DNA of 64,000 bases from Somniosus microcephalus (Eukaryota), in contig CM126210.1 in NCBI GenBank assembly GCA_052327205.1, forward strand, positions 207,762,001 to 207,826,000. Reading direction: 5' to 3'. Position numbers and translations under genes: made by a program. The notes under the pieces were generated by a model. That model did no database searches. It saw nothing but the letters and a program-made list of their open reading frames with translations, and was not told where the DNA came from. Positions 28,066 through 39,504 of this stretch are shown here, piece by piece. Position 1 is the stretch's first letter, and each line of letters opens with the position of its first letter.

Positions 28066-28688
28066 AGTATTTTGCAATAGTTTGGTGCTAGTTCTTTGAA
28101 AGTACTAGAGTAATTATTGCATCACAGTAATATTTAAAAACTATACAAATAGTCTGAAAAGCTGTAATGTTCCAATACTTAAAGTTTAATTTTTAAAGGG
28201 CAGTACTGCCTCTCTCTTTTGGCTGATCATAGCTGCATGATGATTGCTCAAGGTCACATATGTTAAAAACCCTCAATTGGTACCATACTGGACACACGAT
28301 GACTAATTACGGTGTACATTCAGAGTTACATAGTAAATCTTCACTTCATTGCTTGTACAAGGTGAATTTACCTTTGCTGCATATTATACTGGTTGTTATC
28401 ACGTTATTTTAATATAGTCCTCAACAGATATAATAAACTGTGCTACCATATTGTAGTCTGTATTATTTTGTTAAATTATAGAATGCTAGTGAGCAGTTAG
28501 CTGTAGTAGTAGAAGAATTAGTTACTGTCCAAGGTGGAATAAAATTCAAGCTGCTCAAAAGGCCATCTGAGGTAACCCTGGTTTAAATGTCATTTTATTT
28601 TTTGAACCAGTTCAATCCAATCTCCATCAAGATTGGTCACACTGGACACCATAACTTGCAATACAATTAGAAAAGAAAAATGTCTTAC

Positions 28689-28933
28689 TTTCCAAGGTAG
28701 TCGATGTTGCCCAGGCATGTGGAGTAGCAATAGTTGTAAGCTATGATGATAGAAGGGTACAGGGACTGGAAATCCAGAACCAGGACGGAGTTGCTGTAGA
28801 AGCGAGATTCAGGCTCCATCACAAGAGGAATGCACTGAGGAGCTCTCATGTGGGATCGCTGCTGGACACTGGGAGTTAGAGCGATATAGTTCATTGGTTT
28901 GGCAACACGCAACATCATTGACTCCACACGATA
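28689..28933 (-). CDS. REV3L: REV3L coding exon with polymerase motif A (DFQSLYPS)
   Basis: tgcag/gtaaga boundaries; YRVESMM...LVLDFQSLYPSIIIAYNYCYST. Confidence 0.97.
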
Positions 28934-30652
28934 CTGCAAAAACAGGAATGCATTACAAAGACTGTTGGTCAACTATAACAAAACTTTTTTGGTTTATGTA
29001 CATTTTTTTCCCTTTTTCCTTTGCCCATTTTCTTTCTGTCCTGAAAGACTTAATTCACCAGAGCAGGCATCTTTCCTGTAGGGTGATATTCTTTATGACA
29101 ACCAAGACCATGAGTGCTGGCAGGTGATTCAACCAAAGGGAGAGGTGTGTGTGTGTCTGATCACAGGCATGCTCAATTGTGTCTTCACACAACGTCTACG
29201 TACATGCCCTTTCTACTAGGGGCCACCGGATAGCTTTCAGGAAACCTAGCAGATTTTATCCCGATCTCAAGAATGCAGAGACTGACAGCCACATCTCCAA
29301 CATCACTAGGGTTAAGATCAAGTAACTACACAGATTTTAACATAGCCCAAACTCATGACAGATGATCTAGTGCTAGATCAGGAAGCATGTTTTTACACCA
29401 TGCCATTAGTGGAGCCCTTGGTTTCTGTAACTTATTTTCTTGGTGAGTTCTGTGCTCTGGAGGTGAGGGGGAAATTTCAAAGCTTGAAAACAAACACTCT
29501 TTCAGGGCAGATACGGCACAATTATAGCAGAATAAAGCCCTCTTCTGCCCAACCCAACCTAACAATGTGCCTCAGTCTGCTCAACTTAGGAATGCCCACT
29601 ATTGGACCCATGTGACACTATTTCTCAGTGCTGAATTAAGAGCAATTTTTTACACTAAAAAATGGTTTGAGATTTCAAAATTCATTTCACATACAACCCT
29701 TAAAACCAACGGACAGAGGATGGTTTTAACCCATCAGTCTGCAATCATAGGTGCATGGCTAATGGGTCACCAGCCTCCCTTTGTAAATTCTATTTGTCTG
29801 TTGCCAGAGAGGGGATATTAGGCAGGTAACCAATGGAATATGAAAGCTAATCGAATAGTCCCCAAAACTATTGACAAAGTCAGAGATAATCATTTTCATG
29901 TAGCTGTACTGGTACACAGGTATTTGGAGTAATTTGGCAATATATTACAAATCAGTTCTAAAGTAAATTTCATTAACCCGAACCCTCACACCAAGTCATC
30001 TGAAGCTTTTCAGCTAAATGATGTCTCATTATAACAGGCACTCGCAGTATTTGATGTGCTGGGTAAGAGTCTATTTTCTAGTCAGAGATAGGATAATGAG
30101 CATAGATTTCTTTAATAAACTTTTCCTAAAAACATCACAATTATATTCCCTAATTTTTCATGAAGTTTTAAATTATTTTTCCAATTAACCCAAGTGCCCA
30201 TGCAAATGAGGTTTAATTAGCATCCCTTTGGTCACGGTTACAATCAGAATTACAAAATGTAATTCCATCGTTAAGTTTTTTGTAAAAATATATAAAATTT
30301 ACAGCCTTACTAATGCTGTGCCCTTCTACTCCTACAGCTCGCTGCTGCACAGAAAGCAAAACGTAAACTGCATCTTACTCAGTGGTTCATAAAGATATTT
30401 TCATTATTTCATTAAATATTCTTTGATTTGCTCTAGCTCAGAATAGGAGACCTTGAACTAATTAAAGATCAACGCTCATTACTCCCCAGTGGCTTTTTCA
30501 CTTGGGTAGTGGATGCGGGGGTGAAGACAGGTAAGTAAAGGAATGCAATTTTCTTACTGAAGACTTTCGATGGTCTTTTTCCATATTCGTCCGGTTTCCT
30601 CTGGGTGGGAAATCAGTGGCGTTTGGTCAATTTGAAATTATAAGTAGAAGGG

Positions 30653-30974
30653 TGTGGTAAACCACTTTTATCATTCACTATCGTTACACTATGGTTATCA
30701 CTGTTATATCGTTACACTATGGTTATCACTGTTTACACTGTTGTATCACTACACGAGGTCGCCTCTTGTCACGCTGTTATACCTGGGCTGACCACTGCTG
30801 ACTCCGCCCATGGCTCCACCTACCTGCCCAGGTATAAAGGTGGTCGACTGGCTGGTATTCCTCCTTGTTGGATCCGATCACCCACGAGGGTGGGCTCTGT
30901 TATTTAGCCAATAAAAACCTATAGTTACTTTCTTAACTCGTCGCTTTTCATTGGATGAATTGATAGGTATATCA
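30653..30974 (+). repeat. Gypsy 5' LTR
   Basis: Near-identical to 35021-35342; TATAAA at 30833, AATAAA at 30910; tandem tatcgttacactatggttatcactgtt in U3. Confidence 0.97.
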
Positions 30975-30996
30975 ATTTTATTGGCTAAATTTTAAA

Positions 30997-31974
30997 ATGT
31001 CGTTACCTGAGCAGCCAAACGACCAGTCAACAGAGCAGCCAAACGACCAGTCAGGTGCCCAGCTACAACAGCCACAGCAGCCGGCCTGGCTGCGAGCCCT
31101 CCGACCACTGTACCTGGATCTAAACCCACAGGCAGCAAACTCAGCCCTCGACTTCGAACACTGGCTGAGCTGTTTCGAATCCTACCTGGGAGAATCCGGC
31201 GTGCCTCAGAGATCCAAGCTAAGAGTTCTGACCGCCCAAGTGAGCCCTAAAGTATTCGCACTCATCCGGGACCTTACTACATACGAGGCCGCCATCAACC
31301 TACTGAAACAACAGTACCGGAGCCCGGTAAATTCCATGTATGCCAGACATCTCCTAAGATCCCGCCTGCAACAGCCAGGAGAGTCTGTAGATGAATTTTT
31401 ACGGGCGCTACAAACACTCGGCAGGGACTGTGACTTTAAAGCGGTAACGGCGGCAGAAAATACTGAAGATAATATCCGCGATGCCTTCGTGAAAGGCCTG
31501 CGGTCCGACTACTCACGGCAAAGACTGCTTGAAGCAAAGGACCTCGACCTGAACACAGCTGCAGCCCTCGTTCGCTCCCTAGAAGTGGCCCATCGGGACC
31601 TCGAGGCGTACTCCAGGTACTGTAATTCGCGACCCTGGGACTCGAGACCGACCCCGACCGCAATACCCCTCGCAGCGCCGCCCCTGGGACCTACCTCAGC
31701 GTCGGCGTCCCGGACCCGATCGGGACCGTCACCCCCGGTACCGGCAGCGACATCGGACCCCCGCGATCGGGCCGCCGGCTGCTTCTTCTGCGGCCAGGCG
31801 AAACACCCGAGGTCGCGCTGCCCTGCGAGAAACGCGACTTGCTCCAGTTGCCAGAAGAAAGGCCACTTCGCTAAGGCCTGCAGAGGGAGAGCCACAGACA
31901 CCAGCAGTGCCTCATGCGAGCTGTGGGGGCGGCCATCTTTCATCAAGGCCACAGATGCCAGTATCCCCTCGTGA
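30997..31974 (+). CDS. gag: Gypsy Gag with two CCHC zinc knuckles
   Basis: 325-aa ORF; QQPGESVDEF homology region; CFFCGQAKHPRSRC and CSSCQKKGHFAKAC. Confidence 0.93.
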   Translation: MSLPEQPNDQSTEQPNDQSGAQLQQPQQPAWLRALRPLYLDLNPQAANSALDFEHWLSCFESYLGESGVPQRSKLRVLTAQVSPKVFALIRDLTTYEAAINLLKQQYRSPVNSMYARHLLRSRLQQPGESVDEFLRALQTLGRDCDFKAVTAAENTEDNIRDAFVKGLRSDYSRQRLLEAKDLDLNTAAALVRSLEVAHRDLEAYSRYCNSRPWDSRPTPTAIPLAAPPLGPTSASASRTRSGPSPPVPAATSDPRDRAAGCFFCGQAKHPRSRCPARNATCSSCQKKGHFAKACRGRATDTSSASCELWGRPSFIKATDASIPS

Positions 31975-34900
31975 GTCGTGGGGGCGGCCATCTTTGATCA
32001 AGGCCACCGACACCAGCAGTGCCACATGTGAGTTGTGGGGGCAGCCATCTTCTCCGCCATCTTACCCCACCTCGTGGGCGCCGCCATTTTACCCACCACA
32101 CTCGACCGCCACCTCGCCTCCAGACCCGACCACCGCCTCACCCGCAGACTACAGCAGCTCGCTCAGCCATACACTAGCCTCCGTCACACTGGACCAAGCT
32201 CGCCCGCATTACCTGTCCAAGTCCATGATGGACATCGAAGTAAACGGCCACGCCACGACCTGCCTGTTCGACAGCGGAAGCACGGAGAGCTTCATCCATC
32301 CAGACACGGTGAGCCACTACTCCCTCACTGTCCGGCCAACGCGCAACCGGGTCTCGATGGCGTCTAGGTCCCACTCTACAGACATCAGCGGCTACTGTGT
32401 TGTGACCCTGTCGGTTAGGGGCACGGAGTATAAAAATTTTAAACTTCTCGTCCTGCCCCAACTCTGCGCTGCCGTCCTACTAGGGCTGGATTTCCAATCC
32501 CACCTTCAAAGTGTCACTCTAGCGTACGGTGGACCCCTCCCCCCACTCACAGTCGACAACCAGCAGCCTTTAAACCGCCCACCGCGTACCACCTGCGACC
32601 TATCCACCCTCAGGGTCCCGCCTCCCTCCCTGTTCGCCAACCTCACCCGCGACTGTAAACCCGTCGCCACCAAGAGCAGGCGGTACAGCGCCGGGGACAG
32701 AGCTTTTATTAGCTCTGAAGTGCAGCGCCTCCTGAAGGAGGGCATCATCGAGAGGAGCAACAGCCCCTGGCGCGCTCAGGTCGTAGTCGTCAAGACCGGC
32801 GATAAAAACCGCCTAGTCATCGACTACAGCCAAACCATAAACCAGTACACCCAGCTGGACGCATACCCCCTTCCCCGCATATCTGATATGGTCAATCAGA
32901 TTGCACAGTACCGCGTATTCTCTACCATCGACCTTAAGTCGGCCTATCACCAACTCCCTATCCGCCCTGAGGACCGCCAGTATACCGCCTTCGAGGCGAA
33001 TGGCCGCCTCTACCACTTCCTGAGCGTTCCCTTCGGCGTCACCAACGGGGTTTCGGTCTTCCAAAGGGAGATGGACCGGATGGTTGACCAGAACGGGCTG
33101 CAAGCCACGTTCCCCTATCTAGATAACGTCACCATCTGCGGCCGCGACCGGCAGGACCACGATGCTAATCTGGAGAGATTCCTCCGTACGGCCCAGCGGC
33201 TGAACCTCACCTACAATAAGGAGAAATGTGTGTTTAACACCTCGCGCCTTGCCATCCTCGGCTGCGTAGTAGAGAACGGAGTCATCGGCCCCGACCCCGA
33301 AAGAATGCGCCCCCTCATGGAGCTTCCCCTCCCCCACTGTCCAAAGGCGCTGAGGAGAACCCTGGGGCTCTTCGCCTACTATGCCCAATGGGTGCCCAAT
33401 TATGCGGACAAAGCCAGACCCCTCATGAAGTCCACCTCCTTCCCCCTGACGGCAGAAGCGTGCGCAGCCTTCTCCCTCATTAAGGGAGACATTGCTAAGG
33501 CCACAATGCACGCGGTGGATGAGTCTATCCCTTTCCAAGTGGAGAGCGATGCATCCGACTTCGCCCTGGCCGCAACCCTTAACCAGGAGGGGAGACCAGT
33601 GGCCTTCTTCTCAAGGACCCTCCAGGGCCCCGAGATCCGACACTCTTCGGTCGAGAAGGAGGCCCAGGCGATCGTGGAGGCTGTACGACGCTGGAGGCAT
33701 TACCTGGCAGGCAAACGATTTACCCTCCTCACCGACCAACGTTCGGTCGCCTTTATGTTTAATAACAAGCTGAGGGGCAAAATCAAGAACGACAAGATCT
33801 TGAGGTGGAGAATCGAGCTCTCCACCTATGATTATGATATCTTGTACTGGCCTGGTAAACTGAACGAACCCCCAGATGCTCTATCACGAAGTACATGCGC
33901 CAGCGTGCAAAGTGATAGACTGCAGACCCTCCACAACGACCTCTGCCACCCCAGGGTCACCAGACTTTACCACTTCATTAAGGCCCGCAACCTGCCCTAC
34001 TCCATCGAGGAGGTCAGGACCATGACCAGGAACTGCCAAACCTGTGCCGAATGCAAACCGCATTTCTTTAGGCCGGACAGAGCAAGCCTGATCAAGGCCA
34101 CCCGCCCCTTCGAGCGCTTGAGCATCGATTTTAAGGGGCCCCTCCCGTCCTCTGACCGTAATGTGTACTTCCTCAACATTATTGATGAGTACTCCCGTTT
34201 CCCCTTCGCCTTCCCCTGCCCAGACATGACCAGTACCACGGTCATCAGATGCCTGAACGACCTCTTCGCCTTGTTCGGGTTCCCGAACTATATACATAGC
34301 GACCGGAGCTCCTCCTTCATGAGCGAGGAACTTCGCCAGTTCCTACTAGCGAGAGGTATTGCTGCAAGCAGGACCACCAGCTACAACCCCCGGGGGAACG
34401 GCCAGGTGGAAAGAGAGAACGCGACTGTCTGGAAGGCCGTTCTCTTAGCCTTAAAGTCGAAGGGCCTCCCAACCTCTCGCTGGCAGGAAGTCCTCCCGGC
34501 AGCGCTGCACTCCATCCGGTCACTGCTTTGCACTGCCATTAACGCCACCCCCCATGAACGAATGTTTGTTTTCCCCAGGAAGTCGACTACGGGAACCACG
34601 CTACCAACTTGGCTGACCTCTCCGGGGCCCGTCTTGCTGCGAAAGCACGTGAGGGCCCATAAAACGGACCCCCTGGTCGAGAGGGTGGACCTCCTGCACG
34701 CCAACCCCCAGTACGCCTATGTGGCATACCCAGACGGGCGGGAGGACACAGTCTCCTTACGAGACCTTGCACCCTCGGGCACCCCTGAGACACCACCATT
34801 ACCCCCCACCACTCCCCCAGATCCAGCCCAGGTAGACGGCATGCCGGAACCCCACGAGCCTTCGCCGACCACGCAGACACCAGCATTAACGTCGGATACT

Positions 34901-34978
34901 GCATCACCGCCGCCGCTGCTGCGACGATCAGAAAGGCTTACGAGGCCTCCGGACAGACTGACATACCCGAACTGGTAG
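31907..34978 (+). CDS. pol: Gypsy Pol (aspartic protease, RT, RNase H, integrase)
   Basis: LFDSGS protease; DLKSAYHQ, PFG and YLDN in RT; SDAS RNase H; HHCC and D,D35E integrase (IDFKGP, SDR, GQVER). Confidence 0.96.
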   Translation: MPHASCGGGHLSSRPQMPVSPRESWGRPSLIKATDTSSATCELWGQPSSPPSYPTSWAPPFYPPHSTATSPPDPTTASPADYSSSLSHTLASVTLDQARPHYLSKSMMDIEVNGHATTCLFDSGSTESFIHPDTVSHYSLTVRPTRNRVSMASRSHSTDISGYCVVTLSVRGTEYKNFKLLVLPQLCAAVLLGLDFQSHLQSVTLAYGGPLPPLTVDNQQPLNRPPRTTCDLSTLRVPPPSLFANLTRDCKPVATKSRRYSAGDRAFISSEVQRLLKEGIIERSNSPWRAQVVVVKTGDKNRLVIDYSQTINQYTQLDAYPLPRISDMVNQIAQYRVFSTIDLKSAYHQLPIRPEDRQYTAFEANGRLYHFLSVPFGVTNGVSVFQREMDRMVDQNGLQATFPYLDNVTICGRDRQDHDANLERFLRTAQRLNLTYNKEKCVFNTSRLAILGCVVENGVIGPDPERMRPLMELPLPHCPKALRRTLGLFAYYAQWVPNYADKARPLMKSTSFPLTAEACAAFSLIKGDIAKATMHAVDESIPFQVESDASDFALAATLNQEGRPVAFFSRTLQGPEIRHSSVEKEAQAIVEAVRRWRHYLAGKRFTLLTDQRSVAFMFNNKLRGKIKNDKILRWRIELSTYDYDILYWPGKLNEPPDALSRSTCASVQSDRLQTLHNDLCHPRVTRLYHFIKARNLPYSIEEVRTMTRNCQTCAECKPHFFRPDRASLIKATRPFERLSIDFKGPLPSSDRNVYFLNIIDEYSRFPFAFPCPDMTSTTVIRCLNDLFALFGFPNYIHSDRSSSFMSEELRQFLLARGIAASRTTSYNPRGNGQVERENATVWKAVLLALKSKGLPTSRWQEVLPAALHSIRSLLCTAINATPHERMFVFPRKSTTGTTLPTWLTSPGPVLLRKHVRAHKTDPLVERVDLLHANPQYAYVAYPDGREDTVSLRDLAPSGTPETPPLPPTTPPDPAQVDGMPEPHEPSPTTQTPALTSDTASPPPLLRRSERLTRPPDRLTYPNW

Positions 34979-35020
34979 TACACTTCACCCCGCCGGACTC
35001 AAATCTAAACAAGGGGTGAA

Positions 35021-35342
35021 TGTGGTAAACCACTTTTATCATTCACTATCGTTACACTTTGGTTATCACTGTTATATCGTTACACTATGGTTATCACTGT
35101 TTACACTGTTGTATCACTACACGAGGTCGCCTCTTGTCACGCTGTTATACCTGGGCTGACCACTGCTGACTCCGCCCATGGCTCCACCTACCTGCCCAGG
35201 TATAAAGGTGGTCGACTGGCTGGTATTCCTCCTTGTTGGATCCGATCACCCACGAGGGTGGGCTCTGTTATTTAGCCAATAAAAACCTATAGTTACTTTC
35301 TTAACTCGTCGCTTTTCATTGGATGAATTGATAGGTATATCA
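35021..35342 (+). repeat. Gypsy 3' LTR
   Basis: Preceded by purine-rich tract AAACAAGGGGTGAA (35007-35020); one mismatch to the 5' LTR seen by eye. Confidence 0.97.
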
Positions 35343-37238
35343 AAGGGTAAGGAAGATTTAAAAAAAATTAAAAAAAAAAAAAAAAAAAACACAGGGCTGC
35401 TGGAGCATGGGTGGCTTTGACACAAGGAAAGGTTGAGGCAGAGGCTATTACATCTTTAAAGGGAAAATTGGATAAATATTTTAAGCAGCAATGTAGGACA
35501 GCGGAATTAGCTTTGAATTGCTCCAAAAGAGCCGCACAGATATGATGGGCCGAAGAGTCTTCTCTGCAGTAAACATCGAATGTCCCATGGTGGGTCTTAC
35601 TGCAGCACTTGCAAGCTTCAGAAACAATTTTTTGCAAGAGCCATTATGAACATGCTCCACAACAATAACTTCAATGGTGCCATCGTAGGTACTGAGAGTT
35701 CAACCTATGCAAGTATTTCTCACTTTCACAGAGGAGTTACTTTTACATCTAGCAAAAGCCATGTGCTCTGAAAAGATTATGCTGTAACGTATTAATTATA
35801 TTTTGAGCTAAAAAGGTCCTCAGAAGCATTACATTCTGGATGTGTGCTGTAACGGTATAAATGATTCCCAAAAATCCTTCACTGAACATGAAGTAGGATT
35901 TTATAAATTATTCCTATTGCTACTGCCAAAACAAATGTATACATTATAATTGTGTCTGCTTAGCATTTTAGTATAAAATGTTAATGTGGTCCTGGCTGAT
36001 TAAGGCTATGTAAAACAGGAGAAAGATTTACAATGAGATTACTGCTTTCAAACAAGACACAAATCCAGATGGTCTATGCAACATACTAAAACAGTTTGCT
36101 ACACAGATTTCTAAAAGATAGCTCTGTTTAAACTTTGGATAACAGCATTGCATGGAAAACTGGCTTAGATAAGAGACAACCCAGGGTGCTGACTTGTTGC
36201 AACTTATGACCTACATCAAAGCTCTCTCGTTCCTGTCAGTGTAATCTCGAGTTCCTACAGTACAGCTGTAATATGGTTCTGAAGGTTGTACTAAATTTAC
36301 TGAGTAAATGATTCACAGTTGGACATCTACTAGTATAGGATTAAACTTCAGCCATCTCTACAATGCTACTGGCTTAAATCTAATGAATCTGGTTTTACTA
36401 TGGGCAATAATGTGCGACTGAAGATCGGTTAACGTGAGAAAAGTCCAAATCTGGTAATCACACGTCAAGAGAGGAAATTTTGATTACTTTACATGTTTTT
36501 CCTTCAGCACACAAGTGATTGGTCTGGAATGTTTATCTGTTATAGAAAGAGCTGGGGAGGGGGAAGGAGTAAAGAGAGCACAAACGCAAGTCAGAGGGAG
36601 AATGAACAAAGAGATAGTTTAGGTACTATAACCATCATTCATTTTGCACCAATTTCTACCCTTCCTCTTCTCCTAAAGCTACCCGCTCCTGTAAGGGTAC
36701 AGTTCCACGGGGACCAGTCATTCTGCAGGACCTCATTTAAGTGGCTATTTTCCATGTGCACCCAGACTTTGTGATGACTGGTAGCTATCATTCTTGAAAT
36801 CAAGATATGTTTCAAATTCTACTGGTATGTCGCATAATCATCAAAAGCAAGGGTAAAGATTACAGAATCATTTATATCTCCAGTGCATCCCCTACCGCTT
36901 ATAGCAGGTGCGTTGGTGCTAACACAGTCTGCGTACTATAGAAGGTGGATAGTAAAACCTTAGTTGTTGTGAAGGGCACTTTTGCTCTGGCAGATTGATC
37001 AACAGACTAAAATGTAACTAGCCAAGGTAATCTCACCTTAATGCGGTTCAAAGAGCTGATTGGGCAGCTGCTGGAAAATCAGTTTGCCTGAAATATCCGG
37101 ATCTTTTAATCAGTATAAGCGGTGGCTTTGTAATTGACATCTATGGGAAAGGCAAGTGATTACCAATAGGTGGCCAGTATAAACGGTTGCAATAACCATG
37201 GGTGGATGGGAGGAGTGCACTTCCTACTTAAATGGCCA

Positions 37239-37520
37239 CTTGGCTCAGTTGGTAGCACTTTCACCCAAGTCAAAAGGTTGTGGGTTCAAGCCTCACTCTA
37301 GGAGGCACAATCTAGGCCAACATTTCAGTATTTTGTGTGCTGCACTGCCAGAAGAGACACTGAATCTATTCAGGTGAATGTAAAGGTCCCATGGAGCTAA
37401 TTGAAGAACAGGGAGTTTGTCCAGTCTCCTGGCCAACAGTCTTGCCTTAAGTAAAACCACCAAACCTATTTTAACTAGTCATTCATCTCACTTGTGTTTG
37501 TGGGATTTGGTGCATGAAAT
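37239..37520 (+). mobile_element. tRNA-derived SINE
   Basis: Box A TGGCTCAGTTGG and box B GGTTCAAGCC; related degenerate copies at about 10225-10510 and 21860-22190. Confidence 0.7.
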
Positions 37521-38985
37521 TGGTTATGTTTACTCTCCGGCCAGCCTTCCATCTTTCACCCTCCATAAACAAGCTAATCCAAAACTCATGATGCCCGTAT
37601 CCTAACTCACACAAAGTCTCGTTCACTTATCACCCCTGTGCTCGTTGACCTACATAGGCTCCCGGTCCACCAACACCACGATTTTAAAATTCTCATCCGT
37701 GCTGAAATGCTTCGATGGCCTCGCCCTTCCCGAAGACGCTCCTCAAAACCTACCTCTGTGCTAATGGCTCCTTCCTTGGCTCAGTATCAATTTTTGTTTG
37801 ATTCCGATCCTGTGAAGCACCTTGGGATGTTTTACTAAGTTAAGATGCGCTACAAATGCAAGTCGTTGTACTTAAGTAACTACACTTCTAAAAAGTACTT
37901 TGTTTGTGAAGGGTTTTGCGAGGACGTGCCAAGGCACTAAGTGCAAATTCATTTTTTCTTTATGTTGTATGATCCCAATTGGGAACGTTCTGTTGTTTTT
38001 GACCGTTTTAGAGCATTACAAAGTCAACAAGTGGTTCCAGAGGAATTAAATGCCTTCCACCTGAAGGAGAGGTTCAAGCATATTTTAATTAAAAAGAGTG
38101 TTTAAAATATAAACTAAATGACCTTTCGTTGTACTTTACGCAGATAAATGGTTTGCCCAAACGTTAAACCATGCTAATCAATTAATGCTGTTAATTTAAC
38201 CAAAAGTGCATGGAGGAAGCCATTACGTAATACAGAATACCTTTAGTTCAAAGACACTGATTACAATAACTATCCAAATGAATGTCTCCTTTGTTTAAAA
38301 AAAGTGTTTTGCAAATATCCTACAAATCTAGGTGGGACACATTAACCCAGGAGGAGATTATTGTTTTGTGTCCAGTAAATGTCCTTTAATATTGTTAGAG
38401 AGATCTTAAGTAAAGTCAACAAATTTTACCAACGAGTGTACAATCAGTACGATTGCTATCCACCATAATTCTATGAAACCTTTCACGTTCAAAGAGTTTT
38501 GTGCAGAACAAAGGTTAAGATCCAAATCTGGAAGCAGGGTTTTATTTGTGGGAAGGGTGGAACAGAGTGACAGAAAAGGTGGAGCATGCCAACTTCCTTT
38601 CTATAAATTTAGAAATCGCTGTGAACACCAAATTCAGCTGTGGTTCAGCAGCTCCTCTTACTTAGCATTATCCAGGAATATAATCCATTTTCCTGGTTTA
38701 CATGCAAAAAAAAAACTTAGCATAATGATTTTATTCACCATTTTTCCTGTTCATTTATGACAATTCGAATAGTTGCAAATTACAAATACAATGGGAAAAG
38801 GTAAAAAGTCAATAGTATATGTTTTACATATTCTGATTGATGTATTATCCCAACATCTTTTAAAATAGTTCTCATTCTATTTATGTAATGAAATAAAAAT
38901 GAAATCATAACTGTAGTAAACGGTAATATTTAAGAATGACAGGATCGTTTCTGCACCAGACAGAACCTGAAAGTTAACCACTAAC

Positions 38986-39127
38986 CTGTGCGCCTCTTGT
39001 CAGCACATGATAGAATAAGATACCAAATAGTCGGGCCAGTTCGCTCGTTCTTTCGATTAAATCCAGCTGTTCCAGCAACTGTAGATTTCCACGTACACGG
39101 CAAATATAATGATCAACCATCTTCCAT
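38986..39127 (-). CDS. REV3L: REV3L coding exon (WKMVDHY...TSELARLFGILFYHVLTRGAQ)
   Basis: tacag/gttagt boundaries; E.ARLFGI...VLTRG.Q motif. Confidence 0.96.
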
Positions 39128-39504
39128 CTGTAATAGAATAAAATCCCAGACATTGGAACCACCAAAACACTCCAGAAGTTACTGTGCTCATTACAGGATT
39201 CTATCTACAAAGGAACTCTCATCTGTATCTATATCATATTATCAGAAGACTTTCTTCTAAATTCATTTCTGCTGAGTGGAGGAATGTACTGTGTCATTTA
39301 AGGAAGGAAAAATGAGGACGGATTTATTTTCTGTTCATGAAGGTGGAGGATGTAAACATTGGGAAATGGGATACAGTCCCAATTTCAGGCCAGACAGAGC
39401 ACGCTCAGAAACAGAATGGTCATCGAACTTTTCTCAGAGTGTTCATCAGCTCCGCATATCAAAGGACTGAAGAAGCACAAGTAGGACGTGTGGCAAGTTT
39501 ATGG

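Larger units (their letters stand above)
30653..35342 (+). mobile_element. Full-length young Ty3/Gypsy LTR retrotransposon (no env, no chromodomain), antisense in a REV3L intron
   Basis: TG..CA LTRs of 322 bp; 5-bp TSD AAGGG (30648-30652 and 35343-35347); gag plus PR-RT-RH-IN order. Confidence 0.97.

Noticed and set aside
30719-30907. Identical 62-aa ORFs here and at 35087-35275, and 82-aa ORFs at 39731-39979 and 46214-46462
   Set aside because: They are duplicated only because they lie in LTRs; no protein features.
30982-30999. TGGCTAAAT... as a conventional tRNA PBS for the Gypsy element
   Set aside because: It starts 8 nt from the LTR end, is AT-rich and does not resemble a tRNA acceptor stem I recognise; LTR self-complementarity explains it better.
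31436-34983. Many antisense and alternate-frame ORFs within the Gypsy element
   Set aside because: Expected shadows of GC-rich coding sequence; no motifs.
37239-37310. tRNA gene
   Set aside because: A and B boxes are present but there is no complete cloverleaf, and it continues into a SINE body.
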